Assembly: GCF_018350175.1 (NCBI RefSeq)
Contig: NC_058373.1
Location: 103,356,001-103,420,000, forward strand
Origin: Felis catus
Lineage: Eukaryota
DNA: 64,000 nucleotides
Direction: 5' to 3'
Below the pieces are notes generated by a model, which saw only the letters and a program-made list of their open reading frames with translations, ran no database searches and was not told where the DNA came from. Within the stretch, counting starts at the first letter, position 1. Every line of letters begins with the position of its first letter. Below are positions 53,031 through 64,000 of the stretch, piece after piece. A program made the position numbers and the translations under genes.

Positions 53031-53354
53031 AAAAAGAAATGCCTAGTTAGAATGGCTTTTTGGAGTAAAGGACAAAGAGAGCGGCTGTGGGGAGGAAATG
53101 GGGAGACCTATAAGGAATTGCAGCGCCCGGGTGCAAGGGAGCAGCACCCACAGGGCCGTTATGGAGACGGAAAGCACAGCTACTCGAGTGTATTCTGCGT
53201 AGACACTCTGTGCACCGGAAGGAGGGAGAAACAATTTACAGACCAAGGAAGACCTGGACAAAATTATCCATTTTTGGAGGAATCATTTGTGCTGCAGCCA
53301 TGAACACTTTCTGGAGAGCTATTTGAGGAGGCAGATGTTTAGATAATATATTGC

Positions 53355-53535
53355 TGCTTTGCATTTCTATAACACCTTCCATCTAAGAGCTGCAGAGTGT
53401 AACACAAACATTAACTAATAAATTAAGCCTTGTGGCACCTCTGCATGATTGATAGGCATAATAGCCATTTTTATAGTGTGGGAAAGGCAGCACCCTGCTC
53501 AAAGGTGCTCAAGTCATTTACCCAAGGTCATGAAG
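53355..53535 (-). mobile_element. Very old CORE-SINE (MIR3/MIR1_Amn-like)
   Basis: gcatttctataacaccttccatc...aaacattaactaat..aagcct...ccatttttatag...aagtcatttacccaaggtca. Confidence 0.55.
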
Positions 53536-55540
53536 GGGGAAAAAATGACAAACTGTTTCAAATTGGAGCACCAATTCTCCCCACACTCACATAATGTGTT
53601 TTTTCTCACTTGGCAGGTCAGCAACTTCAAGAGCATGTGTTTGTTTCCATGGGACACTTAGCGGTAGAGGGGGATGCAACGTAGAGCCTGGTTTCCACTG
53701 CTCTGCTTCAGGAGATAGCTCTTTAATTTAACTGGGAGATGGTTTGAAAATATTAAGTCTTGGATCAAAGCCTTACTCCTTTCTCTCTGGTTTACCCAGG
53801 AATTAATTTGTTTGCTAATGCTGGTCTCTTTCCTGGGATGACAGTGGCCTTTCGCTCTAGAGTTGTGTGTTCATGTTGCTTAATCCGATTATGCAAAGGA
53901 CTTAAAATATTACAAGAATATCAAACAACCCCAACACATCTGTGGAGGCATTAATGTAATTATTTTTATTGCTGTTTTAATTTCTGAAAAGCCCATAAAA
54001 CTGTCATTGAAAGTAGAGTGTGATATGTCAACAAAAGACAGGGCCAACCCTTAACAGAATCTAGTGGGCTTGTCAGTGAAATCTTTTTTTACTTTGGTCA
54101 AACGTTACTATGTATCTTCCTAAAGGCTACTCACTCCACATCACAGGTTCCGCTTAGTAACAACTTGCTCCATAGTGGTATTGTCTTTTTCCTCTTTCTC
54201 TCCATAACCCACACAGTTTTTCCAGTAGAATAATCAGGCGGAGGGAAAACAAAGTAAGGAAGTCAAATATAAATCCTTGGTACTCACGAACTCTTGGAAA
54301 AAAGATGGCCACCACTGTTACACAAAGCTGTGGGGATTTCTACCTCAGTGAGCATTTTCAAACTTCTCAGGAAGTAACGGGTTCACCTGGAAGTCACTCA
54401 CGTCCTTAATTGTCATTTGTTTTCCTCTTTCCTATAGCTAGAAATATAAGCTTTTTTTTTTTTTTTTTTCAGATGAAGCAAGGTGTGATTTGCTTGTCCC
54501 TGGTTAACAGCTTCCTTTCTTCTCCAGACCCTGTCCTGTGGCAGCATTAGCACTCACGTCAGATAAGACTATTACTCATCATGTTAACAAATTACATTTA
54601 GGCAGCACTTTGCATCACTCCCCATGTCCCCACCCGTTTTCTCCCCATTTGTCACAACACCTCAAATACAGGTACTGACTAGGGGATGGTGAGGTGACAG
54701 AGCCAGGAGGGACCTGATCACCTGGCTCCCACTGTGTGCTGAGGGCACTAGAAACCACATGGGCATGGAGGCAGGTGTGCTGGATGCCCATCCCAGCCCT
54801 GGGAACTGGTCATCCTGAAGAAATCCTGTCACACATTTGCCCTGGTCATGTCAATGAGGAATGGGTGCTTATCCAAATGTGTGTTTGGGAGAGGAAGCAG
54901 TGAATACCCATAGTTTAGGAGGAGAAAAAAAAACACCCTACATGGTTCTGATACAGCCTTCTGGGAGGCTGGTTGAAACCATCCTGACAGACTACATAGA
55001 TTTTTTTAAAGCATAGTTTGTCCTAGAGTTAAGGTGTAGACAAACTTCAATGTACAGTCCATTTCTGACCCATGTGGACAAATTGCCAGGGTCAAAGAAC
55101 AGGAGGCGAAGAAGGGCAAGTGCGTGGAAATAGCACGTGGGTCAACCAGCAGGCCGAGCCACTGTGCCACGGCTGGTGCATTTTCATACTTAGTGTTGCC
55201 ACAGTTTCCTTAGAACTCTCTTTTGTAGCAAGGCTGATAAAGGAAGAACTACCTATATGCTGGAAGAGAAAGCATTCCAGAGCCCTGGGAGAGGGAATAA
55301 GATCATTTCTCAGCACTGGACTCTGTGGTTTGGCCTTTGGAGCCTGGCCCTGCTCAGTTTGAGGCTCATTTGCCTGACTCCAAGAATAGAGCTAGGGTTG
55401 GCTGAAGTCATGTGGCTACTGTGCACATCCTGGTCATTAAGGATTTTAGGGAAAATACAGCCTCTTCTTTGGAAGTTTGTACTGAAACCTTTGAAGCAGC
55501 CAAACAAGCAAACCAACAAACAAAAACAAAAAAAAACATT

Positions 55541-55785
55541 GGGGCGCCTGGGTGGCTCAGTCAGTTAAGCGTCCGACTTCAGCTCAGGTCACGATCTCGC
55601 GGTCCGTGAGTTCGAGCCCCGCGTCAGGCTCTGGGCTGATGGCTCAGAGCCTGGAGCCTGTTTCTGATTCTGTGTCTCCCTCTCTCTCTGCCCCTCCCCC
55701 GTTCATGCTCTGTCTCTCTCTGTCTCAAAAATAAATAAAACGTTAAAAAAAAATTAAAACAAAAACAAAAACAAAAACAAAAAAG
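55541..55785 (+). mobile_element. Young Can-SINE (SINEC_Fc-type) with (A5C)n tail
   Basis: Near-consensus body with CpGs retained. Confidence 0.96.
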
Positions 55786-56164
55786 CCAGAGCACATGAAG
55801 TCAGTCCTTCTGATTTTCCCAGGGAATTTGTGTATTGTGATGGGAAAGAAAACTATTTCTTAACCATTTGAGCCTCTGTTTGACTGAAGACTAGCAGGGT
55901 TGAGTGGTTTTGTGACAACAGAGGAAGATTTGTGGCTACAAATTCAGCTAAAATTCTCACTTGAAATCATCAACACGATAAAAAGGTAACCTACTCAGTG
56001 GGAGAAAATATTTGCAAGTCATGTATCTGATAAAGGGTTACTATCCAAAATATATAAATAACGCATGCAAATGAATGGCAACAAAACAAAAGAAAAACCC
56101 ACACAATCTGATTAAAAAACAGGCAGAGGAACTGAATAGACATTTTTCTAAAGAAGACATGTGA

Positions 56165-56370
56165 GGGGCGCCTGGGTGGCTCAGTTGGTAAGTGTCTGAC
56201 TTCAGCCCAGGTCATGGTCTCACGGTTTGTGCGTTCGAGCCCCGCATCAGGCTCTGTGCTGACAGCTCGGAGCCTGGAGCCTGCTTCGGATTCTGTGTCT
56301 CCCTCTCTCTCTGATCCTCCCCCACTCACACTCTGTCTCTCTCTCACAAATAAATATTAAAAAAAAAATT
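56165..56370 (+). mobile_element. Can-SINE
   Basis: TSD AAAGAAGACATGTGA (56150-56164) / AAAGAAGATATGTGA (56371-56385). Confidence 0.95.
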
Positions 56371-56451
56371 AAAGAAGATATGTGAATAGTCAACAGGTAC
56401 ATAAAACGATGCTCAACATCACTTACCAGGGAAATGCAAATCAAAACTACA

Positions 56452-57125
56452 TTTGGATGTTTCCAATAATTTTCTATTACAAGTAACAGTGCTGACACTG
56501 CTATGAATATCCTTGCATGTATATGGTATTTATATGCAAGAGTTTCTCTAAAATATACCTAGGAAACTGCTGGAGTATATTCAAGTTTACAATATAAGGC
56601 TAAAGATCATTTCGAAAATGGCTGTACCAATTTATACCTTCCTCAGCAAGGTATAATTTCCCATTGATCCATATCCACTCCAACAGTTGATATTGGTAGA
56701 TCTGCCTTTTAAATTTTGCCAATTTAGTGAATATGTAATGTCATACCTTTGTGGTTTTAACTCACATTTTCTTGATCATCAATAAAATTGAGTACATTGT
56801 TATACATTTCCTGGCCATTTGGATTTCCTTTGTAAGTGTCTATCCAAGCCTTTTGTTCATTTTGCATCAGTTTGTCCTTTTATTATTGATTTGTAGGTAT
56901 TAATTATTGATAAAATCTTACTGATTTGCAGGTAGTAATTCTGTGTCAGTTACATATGTTGTAAATTACATCTCCTGATTTGTGATTTGTCTTTTCATCC
57001 TCTTTGTGGTGACTTTTGTTGAATCAAAGTTCTTCCCCTTAATGTAATTGAATTTATTGGTCTTTTCTTTCATGGTTAATGCTTTTTATGTTTTAAGAAA
57101 TCATACTCACCTCTGAAGCAAAAGA
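56452..57125 (-). mobile_element. Highly decayed ancient L1 (L1ME-like) fragment
   Basis: Minus-strand L1 words gctatgaatatccttg, ggctgtaccaatttatac, aaattttgccaattt, gtggttttaa, much more diverged than the host. Confidence 0.7.
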
Positions 57126-57282
57126 GATAATAAATCATGCCTTTGATCTATTAACTATTTGTCCTTAAAAATTATATAATTTAATTTCCTTGAAAGTATT
57201 CTACAATTTTAACTAGTATTTGGGATTCATAGGATGACCTGTACCACAATCACCTAAGTAATTTTAAAACCCTAACTCACAG

Positions 57283-57446
57283 GTGGATGAGTGATGGGTT
57301 AAATAGGTGATGCGGTTTAAGGAGTGCACCTGCTGTGATGAGCACCAGGTGATGTATGGAATCATTTAAACGCTATATTGTATACCTGAAACTAATATTA
57401 CTGTATGTCAACTTGAATTTAAATAAAAACATTTAAAAGTTTAAAA
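57283..57446 (+). mobile_element. Short carnivore L1 3' UTR end with A-rich tail
   Basis: gatgggttaaataggtgatg..aaggagtgcac..gtgatgagcac..tacctgaaactaatatta matches the 3' UTRs at ~36530-36670 and ~43640-43770. Confidence 0.85.
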
Positions 57447-58997
57447 AAAGCAAACCTACAATGAGATATCACCTTACACCTGTTAGAAGAGCTATTATCA
57501 AAAAGACAGGAGCTAAGTGTTGACGAAGATGTGGAAAGAAGGGATCCTTTGTACACTGTTGGTGGGAATGTACATTGGTTCAGCAACTAGGTGAAACAGT
57601 ACGGAGATTCCTCAGAAAATTAAAACTAGAACTACCATATGATCCAGCAAGCCTATTTCTGGGTATATATCCAAAAGAATTGAAACCAAGACCTCAAAAA
57701 AATATCTGCATTCTACATTCATTCCAGCATTATTCACAACAGCCAAGATATGACAACAAAAAGTGTCCGCCAACAGGTGAAGGGGTAAAGATATGCTATT
57801 TTTCACAGAGTAATACTCATATTATTTGTATTTTTATTATCTATTATATGAGGCAATGTTATTCAGCCGTGAGAAAGAAGCAAATCCTGCCATTGTAAAC
57901 ATAGATGGGCTTTACGCTAAGTGAAGGCTCATTATACTAAGTGAAGTAAGCCAGACAGAGATAGATAAATACTGCATGGTATCATTTATATGTGAAATCT
58001 AAAAAAAAAAAAATCCAAACTCATAGAAAACTAGTTGTCAGGTGCTGGGGGATGATGGAGGAAATAGGGAGAGGTTGGCAAAAGGGTATAAGCACTCAGC
58101 TACAAAATGACTAAGGTTAAGGCTCTAATGTAAAGCATGATAACTATAGTTAATAATGTATTGTGCCATTGAAATTTGCTAAGAGAGTTAAACTTAAATG
58201 TTTTCACACCCAAAGATAAATATGTGAGGCGGGGGATGCATTAATTAACTCAATGGGGAGAATCCTTTCACAGGGAATACATCTGTACCATTATGTACAC
58301 TTTAAATATTTTATAATTTTATATGTCAGTTATACCTCAGTAAAGTGGAAATGAGGTAAAATTCAAGAATTTCTCGCTTGGTTAAAAACAAATTAACTTC
58401 CATTTTGACTTTTACTTCAACTATTACTTGTCAATATGGAAGAAATGGAATCTTTTCTCTTTGTATTCCCATTCATATGACAAACTTCAGAAGTTAACAA
58501 AGTAACTTAAGTGGAAAAGGAATTTACTAGAAGGATTTTATTGCAGAATTCACAGAAGGGCTGGAGAAATCAGGAAAATGGGCAGGAACCAGAGGAGACA
58601 AGACCTCAGAGCTGTCCATGTTTCGTGAAGGGTGCAGCCCCTGCAGTGCTCCCTTGTCACTCGCCATGCCTCCACTCACTTCCAGGGCCTGTCTGGCTGG
58701 ACCTGCATCTTTGGGCCCCTCCCTTAAGAGTTAGAGTCTTGGGCATGAGCATTTTATGGGATGCTTGCCAGTTGGTCTAATTCTCCAACTTTCAGAGAAC
58801 AGTTGAGGGAACAACTCCACCCTTCAGCTTCCATCTTGAGATCCTTCCAAAGTAGAACAGGTATTCTCACATTAGGCCCAACGCCACAAATGTCTACCAC
58901 AGCTTACCACATTCTTGACTGCTTAGGAAATTCCCACCATGCTTTGCAACTCATTCTTTATTCTCTCTCTGTCTCCATATATAACCATATATATGGA

Positions 58998-59078
58998 GAT
59001 ATATATAGATATAGATAGATATAGATATAGATAAAGATATAGATATATAGATATAGATATAGACATAGATATGGATAT
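58998..59078. repeat. (ATAGAT)n microsatellite
   Basis: Imperfect hexamer array, seen directly. Confidence 0.85.
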
Positions 59079-59188
59079 CCAATGTCATTCCATGTCTCTC
59101 TCTCCATATATTATGTATATCATATATATATGATATATATCACTCATCATATATATATCACTCTTTTTTAAAAGAAAGCTTGATACAT

Positions 59189-59790
59189 TTTTTATTGTGG
59201 TAAAATATATATCACATGAAGTTTAGCATTTTAGCCATTTCTAAGTGTATAATTCCATGCTATTAAGTACATTCACAGTGTTGTGTAATGCTTAAATCAA
59301 AAACAAATGGAGACCAGACCTGAAAATTCCCTGAGCAGACTAAACCAGTTTAATCATACAAGTAAAGCTTAATTTAGCTTAATTTGCCGGACAAGTGAAA
59401 CTCCCTTGACCTGGGTCACTCCTTATTTATGTCTCTGAAAATCATAAGTGAAACATAGATCATTCCTCAGTATTGATACGAGGTAGCCACTAACTAAGTA
59501 GGTCCCTTTCGTTGAAGACAATTCCAATATAGTAGCCAATCACCATGAAGAATAAACAGTCATTGCCTCCACTCTATGAAAGCTGCTTTATAAAAATATA
59601 CCTCTGAGCCTCATTCCATGTTTTGGTTTGAGTGCTCCCAGTTTGCAAACTGTTTTTTGTTTGTTTGTTCGTTTGTTTGTTTGTTTGTTGTGTGCACAAT
59701 AAATTTTTACTAATTACTACTTCAGTGATTCATTGGCTTTCCTTTGTTTTTCTCTTTGAACTTCTGACAGTAACCACCATCACTCTCTCT
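59189..59790 (-). mobile_element. Short ancient L1MB-like 3' end, split by an LTR
   Basis: tttttattgtggtaaaatata...taagtacattcacagtgttgtgtaa | ccaccatc. Confidence 0.65.
59289..59769 (+). mobile_element. Solo LTR, ERV1-class (481 bp)
   Basis: TG...CA termini, 4-bp TSD GTAA (59285-59288; 59770-59773), CCAAT boxes at ~59524 and ~59536, TATAAAA at ~59589, AATAAA at 59698-59703. Confidence 0.82.
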
Positions 59791-60432
59791 ATCAAGCTAA
59801 TGTCAATCACAGTTATTACTCTGGTGAATGTGATCAGAGGGGACTAGAGGTAGTGTTATGGGCCAGGATGGAAAGGGATCTATTACTAGAAGGGATGCCT
59901 GGCTTCCCCTTCTCCTGCCACAAGGCAGCAGCTGACAAATAACAGTTATACAGTGGCACAGCTTTCATGACCACGGTAGCTTAGTAGCTCATGGCGGCTG
60001 GTTTGTGCTGAAAAGTAGACTTTGGTTGACATGTAGCCAGTTCACCTCACACTGAGGTCCCTTCCCGGCTCCCATTAGCTGCTTCATAAATAACTCCCCA
60101 ATGCAAAGTTGGGAAGTTGAATAAATTCCTCTTGTGAGTCAACTCCTAATAAATGAAATCGTCTCCAGTGTAATCCCAATAAAAACAGGAATTGTCTTGA
60201 TAATTAAGAAGCTCTTTATTTGCCAACGTGTTATCTGTAAAGGCATTCTAGACACACTTAACATTGCCTAAGAAGAGAACCCTTCTTTGGTGCCCACTCC
60301 TGTGACAATTCTAATGAAACTGACTTCGCCTCAGAGCCCTGTCCCCTCTAGCATTTGCTTCCAGTGCAAGAGGAAGAGCGCTGTTGACAATAGCCACACA
60401 ATTGATCCCATGGTTGATAGCATTTTGGAATC

Positions 60433-60597
60433 TTTTTTTTTTTTGGTTTATTTATTTATTTTTGAGAAAGAGAGAGAGAGCATGAGCAGTGGAGGGGCAG
60501 AGCCCAACACGGGGCTGGAACTCACAAACCACGAAACCATGACCTGAGCCAAAATCAAGAGTCGCACACACAACCACCTGAGCCACTCAGGTGCCCC
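60433..60597 (-). mobile_element. Can-SINE, internally deleted
   Basis: Poly(T), (GA)n and a ...gagccactcaggtgcccc end. Degenerate TSD TT(T/C)TGGAAT. Confidence 0.9.
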
Positions 60598-62184
60598 ACC
60601 TTCTGGAATTCTAAAAGCTAAATAATTTCAATCCCTGCCTGTAATAATGTCCTCAAAATTATTATGGTTCTTGTTAACATTTTCTGACCACATTGGGCAA
60701 GATACCCACTCAGTAGATGGATTTTATAATCCATCAGTTTTCGTATAGGTATTTCAAACAGAGAAATTGGGACTCTCAGAGAATCCCGATTCAATACGGC
60801 TTGAATAAGGTAAGGGAGAAAGCAAAGAACTACACCAAAAGCCTAAAAAGTTTTCATCAGTTGTGCCCAGCTTCATGAAAGGGGGGAAATGAGACCTGAT
60901 GGTCAGCCATCTGACCATCCTGTGCTCAGCTCCATTCTGCGCTCAGCAGCTGTGGAAGGGTTCAGTACTCAGTGTCTGATGATTTCCAGTCCTCAACATA
61001 CAGAGCTACTGGGAAGGGAAAGCATGCCTGCAGGTTGTGAGTTTGGTTCCAGTTGCTTCTGTGTTGTCCCAGGTTGGTAAATGGCTTGGAACAGTAAGCT
61101 GAGGGTGGGTTCAAATCTAAGGGTTGGACAGAATCCTTCCCCTGGGGGAAGCACCTGCTTCCTGCCATTCGGAAGCAATGATGCCACTTTCTCCTTCGAG
61201 CTCATCGTTTTACAACAGCCTCATCTCCCTGCATTCTCCTCCCATTTCCTATTCTGCTGAGAATCAACGTTGAACGGAATTGGCAATTTTAGGGAGCTTT
61301 GAAATGAAATCGTTCATGCCTTCTTACTGTTTTTCCTCCACATGGGGAAAGCTGGCAAACAAAATTACAGAGGGCTTATGTCACAGATTAACTCAATTTC
61401 TGAAGCTAGTATCTCCTCAAATATCTCCTCAAATTGTTTGTCTTCCCCTTTCTAGGCTCTTGACCAGGAAGGTACAGAATTACAACACGATGAGTTACCA
61501 TGGCAACCCCTATACATTCTCTGTCAAAGGGTCCGGACCCACAGAGCCTAATTTGATTGTAGAGATTTTAATTAATGATTTCTGTGTTTTATGTAAGAAC
61601 ACATTTTTTAATTCATGAAGTGTAAGAAAGAAAAAGGTAGACAAATTAGTTTTGATTAAGAGATAGTTCCCTTATTTAGATACGCTGCTTCAATTTATGT
61701 TGTCCCGACAAATGGGTCTTATTTCAATCCAAATCTTTACCACTAGACGACTGGCCTTCGCTTCTGTTTCAGGCTGCAATACTGATGGGAATTTCATTAT
61801 TAGGAAAATCTAGGAAACTTGGCCTTGCCACACTGGTATTTGCTTGCTTGTTGTCTAAGGATGCTATCAATGGTTGGTAAATAATGAACTCTACCAAGGA
61901 AGAAGAGTATTTGAATTTTAATATGCCTTTTGAGGGAAACTTTAAGGATAGTGCTTAAACCTCTTTTAGCCTGTGTGCTCTTAATTAGCAAACATTTGCC
62001 TGTCAAAGGAGTTACTGCATGGGAAGCACTTAGAAAGGTGCCAGGCACTTTGCAAGCATTATATTGTTTGCGTTTTTATGATGATTCCAGTAAACCGAGC
62101 TTGAGCCTCTCCTCTCCTCACCATGTTGGGCTTATGAATTCTGTTCACAGGTTTCTCACTCTTGACTTTCTCTACTGTGAGCTC

Positions 62185-62186
<2 letters not shown>

Positions 62187-62231
<45 letters not shown>

Positions 62232-62632
62232 TACAATCAAGTTAATTAACATAGAGTGTAGGCTTGGTTTCAGGAATAGAACCCAGTGATTTATCTCTTA
62301 CATATGACACCCAGTGCTCATCCCAAAAAGTGCCCTCCTTAATGCCCATCACCCATATAGCCCATCCTCCCATCCACCTCCCCTTCAGCAACCCTCAGTT
62401 TGTTGTCTGTATTTAAGAGTCCCTTAAGGTTTGCCTCCCTCTCTGTTTTTATCTTATTTTTCCTTCCCTTCCCCTATGTTGATCTGCTGTGTTTCTTAAA
62501 TCCCACATATGAGTGAAATCATATGGTATTTGTCTTTGACTGATTTATTTCACTTAGCATGATGCACTCTAGCTCCACCCATATCCTTGCAAATGGCAAG
62601 ATTTCATTCTTTTTATGGTTGAGTGACATTCC

Positions 62633-62674
<42 letters not shown>

Positions 62675-62710
62675 CCACATCTTCTTTATCCATTCATCAG
62701 TCGATGGACA
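62187..62710 (-). mobile_element. 5'-truncated carnivore L1 3' end with (TTA)n tail and (TG)n
   Basis: Peptide CPSTDEWIKKMWY...NEILPFA. TSD TGTGAGCTCTT (62176-62186) / TGTGAGTTCTT (62711-62721). Confidence 0.92.
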
Positions 62711-64000
62711 TGTGAGTTCTTGATTCAAGTGTTCCACATGCCCTCTGACCTTTAAGCTTGGATGTTTTTAAAAAGTTTTTTGTTTCAAAAAAATTTAGAA
62801 GGAAGAATTTCATAGCCTCTTGAGCTACAATCTTCTTTGGAGGTTAATGTGAACATAACTTGGGTTGTAAAATCACTATTAGAGGAATCTTCACTAAGTT
62901 AATGAAGCAACAGAGAAGTTGCATCACATTGTCTTTAGCTTCTGAAGTTTCTTTTTCCCTAGTGCCCCCCGAGAGCTACTGGCATCTGTCCCAGTGCCTC
63001 TACCCAAAAACGGCTTGGAGAATGAAGATGCCTTGGTGGAAGAAGCTCTTTACTGAAAGGGCAGACAGTTCCGAGAAGGGCATCAGAGTCTGGGAGAAGT
63101 GAAGGTTGAAACAACCAAAAACAGCAACTCAGCTCTCCTCTTGTGGCACAAATGGGAAGAACCACCTAAACACAGATGCTCATGATTCATATTTTCCTGG
63201 GACAGATTCTCCCATTCCTCTCTGCTCTCAGGCTCCAGACACCTCCTCCCTCCCTGACACCCCCTGGATGACCTAGTCCTTTTCCCCAGGAAGCTCTAAC
63301 TCTCCTCCAAAAAGGAGTAGGATCCTCAACTCCTTCCTATGACTCACAACTTGAGTAACGCCTTGGTGTTTCAACCAGTATTTGTTGGTATTTTCCTCTT
63401 CTTGGGTGTGGTAAACTCTGGGGTAAGATACAGACAGGTGCAAGACATTTATGAACTGAAGCACTCCAATCCCAGACAAGTCTCACCACCCAAGGGAGCT
63501 ACAGCTAAGGGTAAACAGGGAAACATCTTTTTCCTTAGAGTCAGTAGCCTAATTTCATGTCAGAGAAAGAATGTCTCTTCCAAAGCTATGACTTTGGTCT
63601 TTCTCTTCTCATACGATTGACCCTGTCTCTTGACCCTTTTTTGCCCCAAGCTCTGATACCTCTGTAGAGAAACCATTTAGCTGTCTATGGTAGTTCTCCT
63701 TTTCATTTCTGGGTGGGGCAGAACTTGGTCTAATATACCACATTAGACTGTTGTATCCCCTAGCAGTGGTCATGGTGGAGGGGGGAAGTGGAATGAAGGG
63801 GAAGTGGCACGAAGGTGATTTTGGATTCATCCCATCACCAGGGCTAGAACAAAAAATAACTCTTTTGGCCTTGAGTGCTGGGGGGTGGGGGCAGGTATTG
63901 TGGGTAATGGCTCACTCTGTAGATAGAGAATATACCCACAACACAGCAGGTGCTTGATGACTCTTTCCTCTTAAAGTTTAACTTCTTGTCATCTCATTGC

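Larger units (their letters stand above)
55965..58352 (+). mobile_element. Old L1 (L1MA9/10-like) 3' portion, interrupted at 56165-56370 and 56452-57446
   Basis: ORF2 C-terminal remnant collinear across the breaks (caaaactaca|atgagatatcacc). The 3' end reads gtcagttatacctcagtaaagtggaaa. Confidence 0.82.

Noticed and set aside
7040..60597. tRNA genes
   Set aside because: All A/B-box-like sequences are heads of tRNA-derived Can-SINEs with CT runs, A tails and mostly clear TSDs.

Overview
Mammalian genomic DNA, almost certainly felid judging by the many SINEC_Fc-type tRNA-derived SINEs and carnivore L1 3' UTRs. The first ~12.5 kb is the 3' end of PELI2 (Pellino-2 E3 ligase, + strand): the penultimate coding exon (92-280), a 7.5-kb intron, the last coding exon (7783-8349, RING-like domain) and a ~4.1-kb 3' UTR. 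The rest is intergenic. 13-46 kb is almost solid, deeply nested LINE-1/SINE sequence, and 46-64 kb mixes unique DNA with SINEs, MIRs, solo LTRs and L1 remnants. I found no evidence of a new protein-coding or prokaryote-style system. The unusual content is retrotransposon architecture readable from target-site duplications (TSDs): a probable L1-mediated 3' transduction nested in a full-length L1, an apparently older L1 fragment captured 5' of a short L1 tail inside a younger L1, a twin-primed inversion, a 31-bp micro-inversion, a young L1 whose ORF2 is intact except for a 4-bp deletion, and a ~17-kb multi-layer nest. Repeat subfamily names come from recognition by eye, not a database search, and boundaries without TSDs are approximate.
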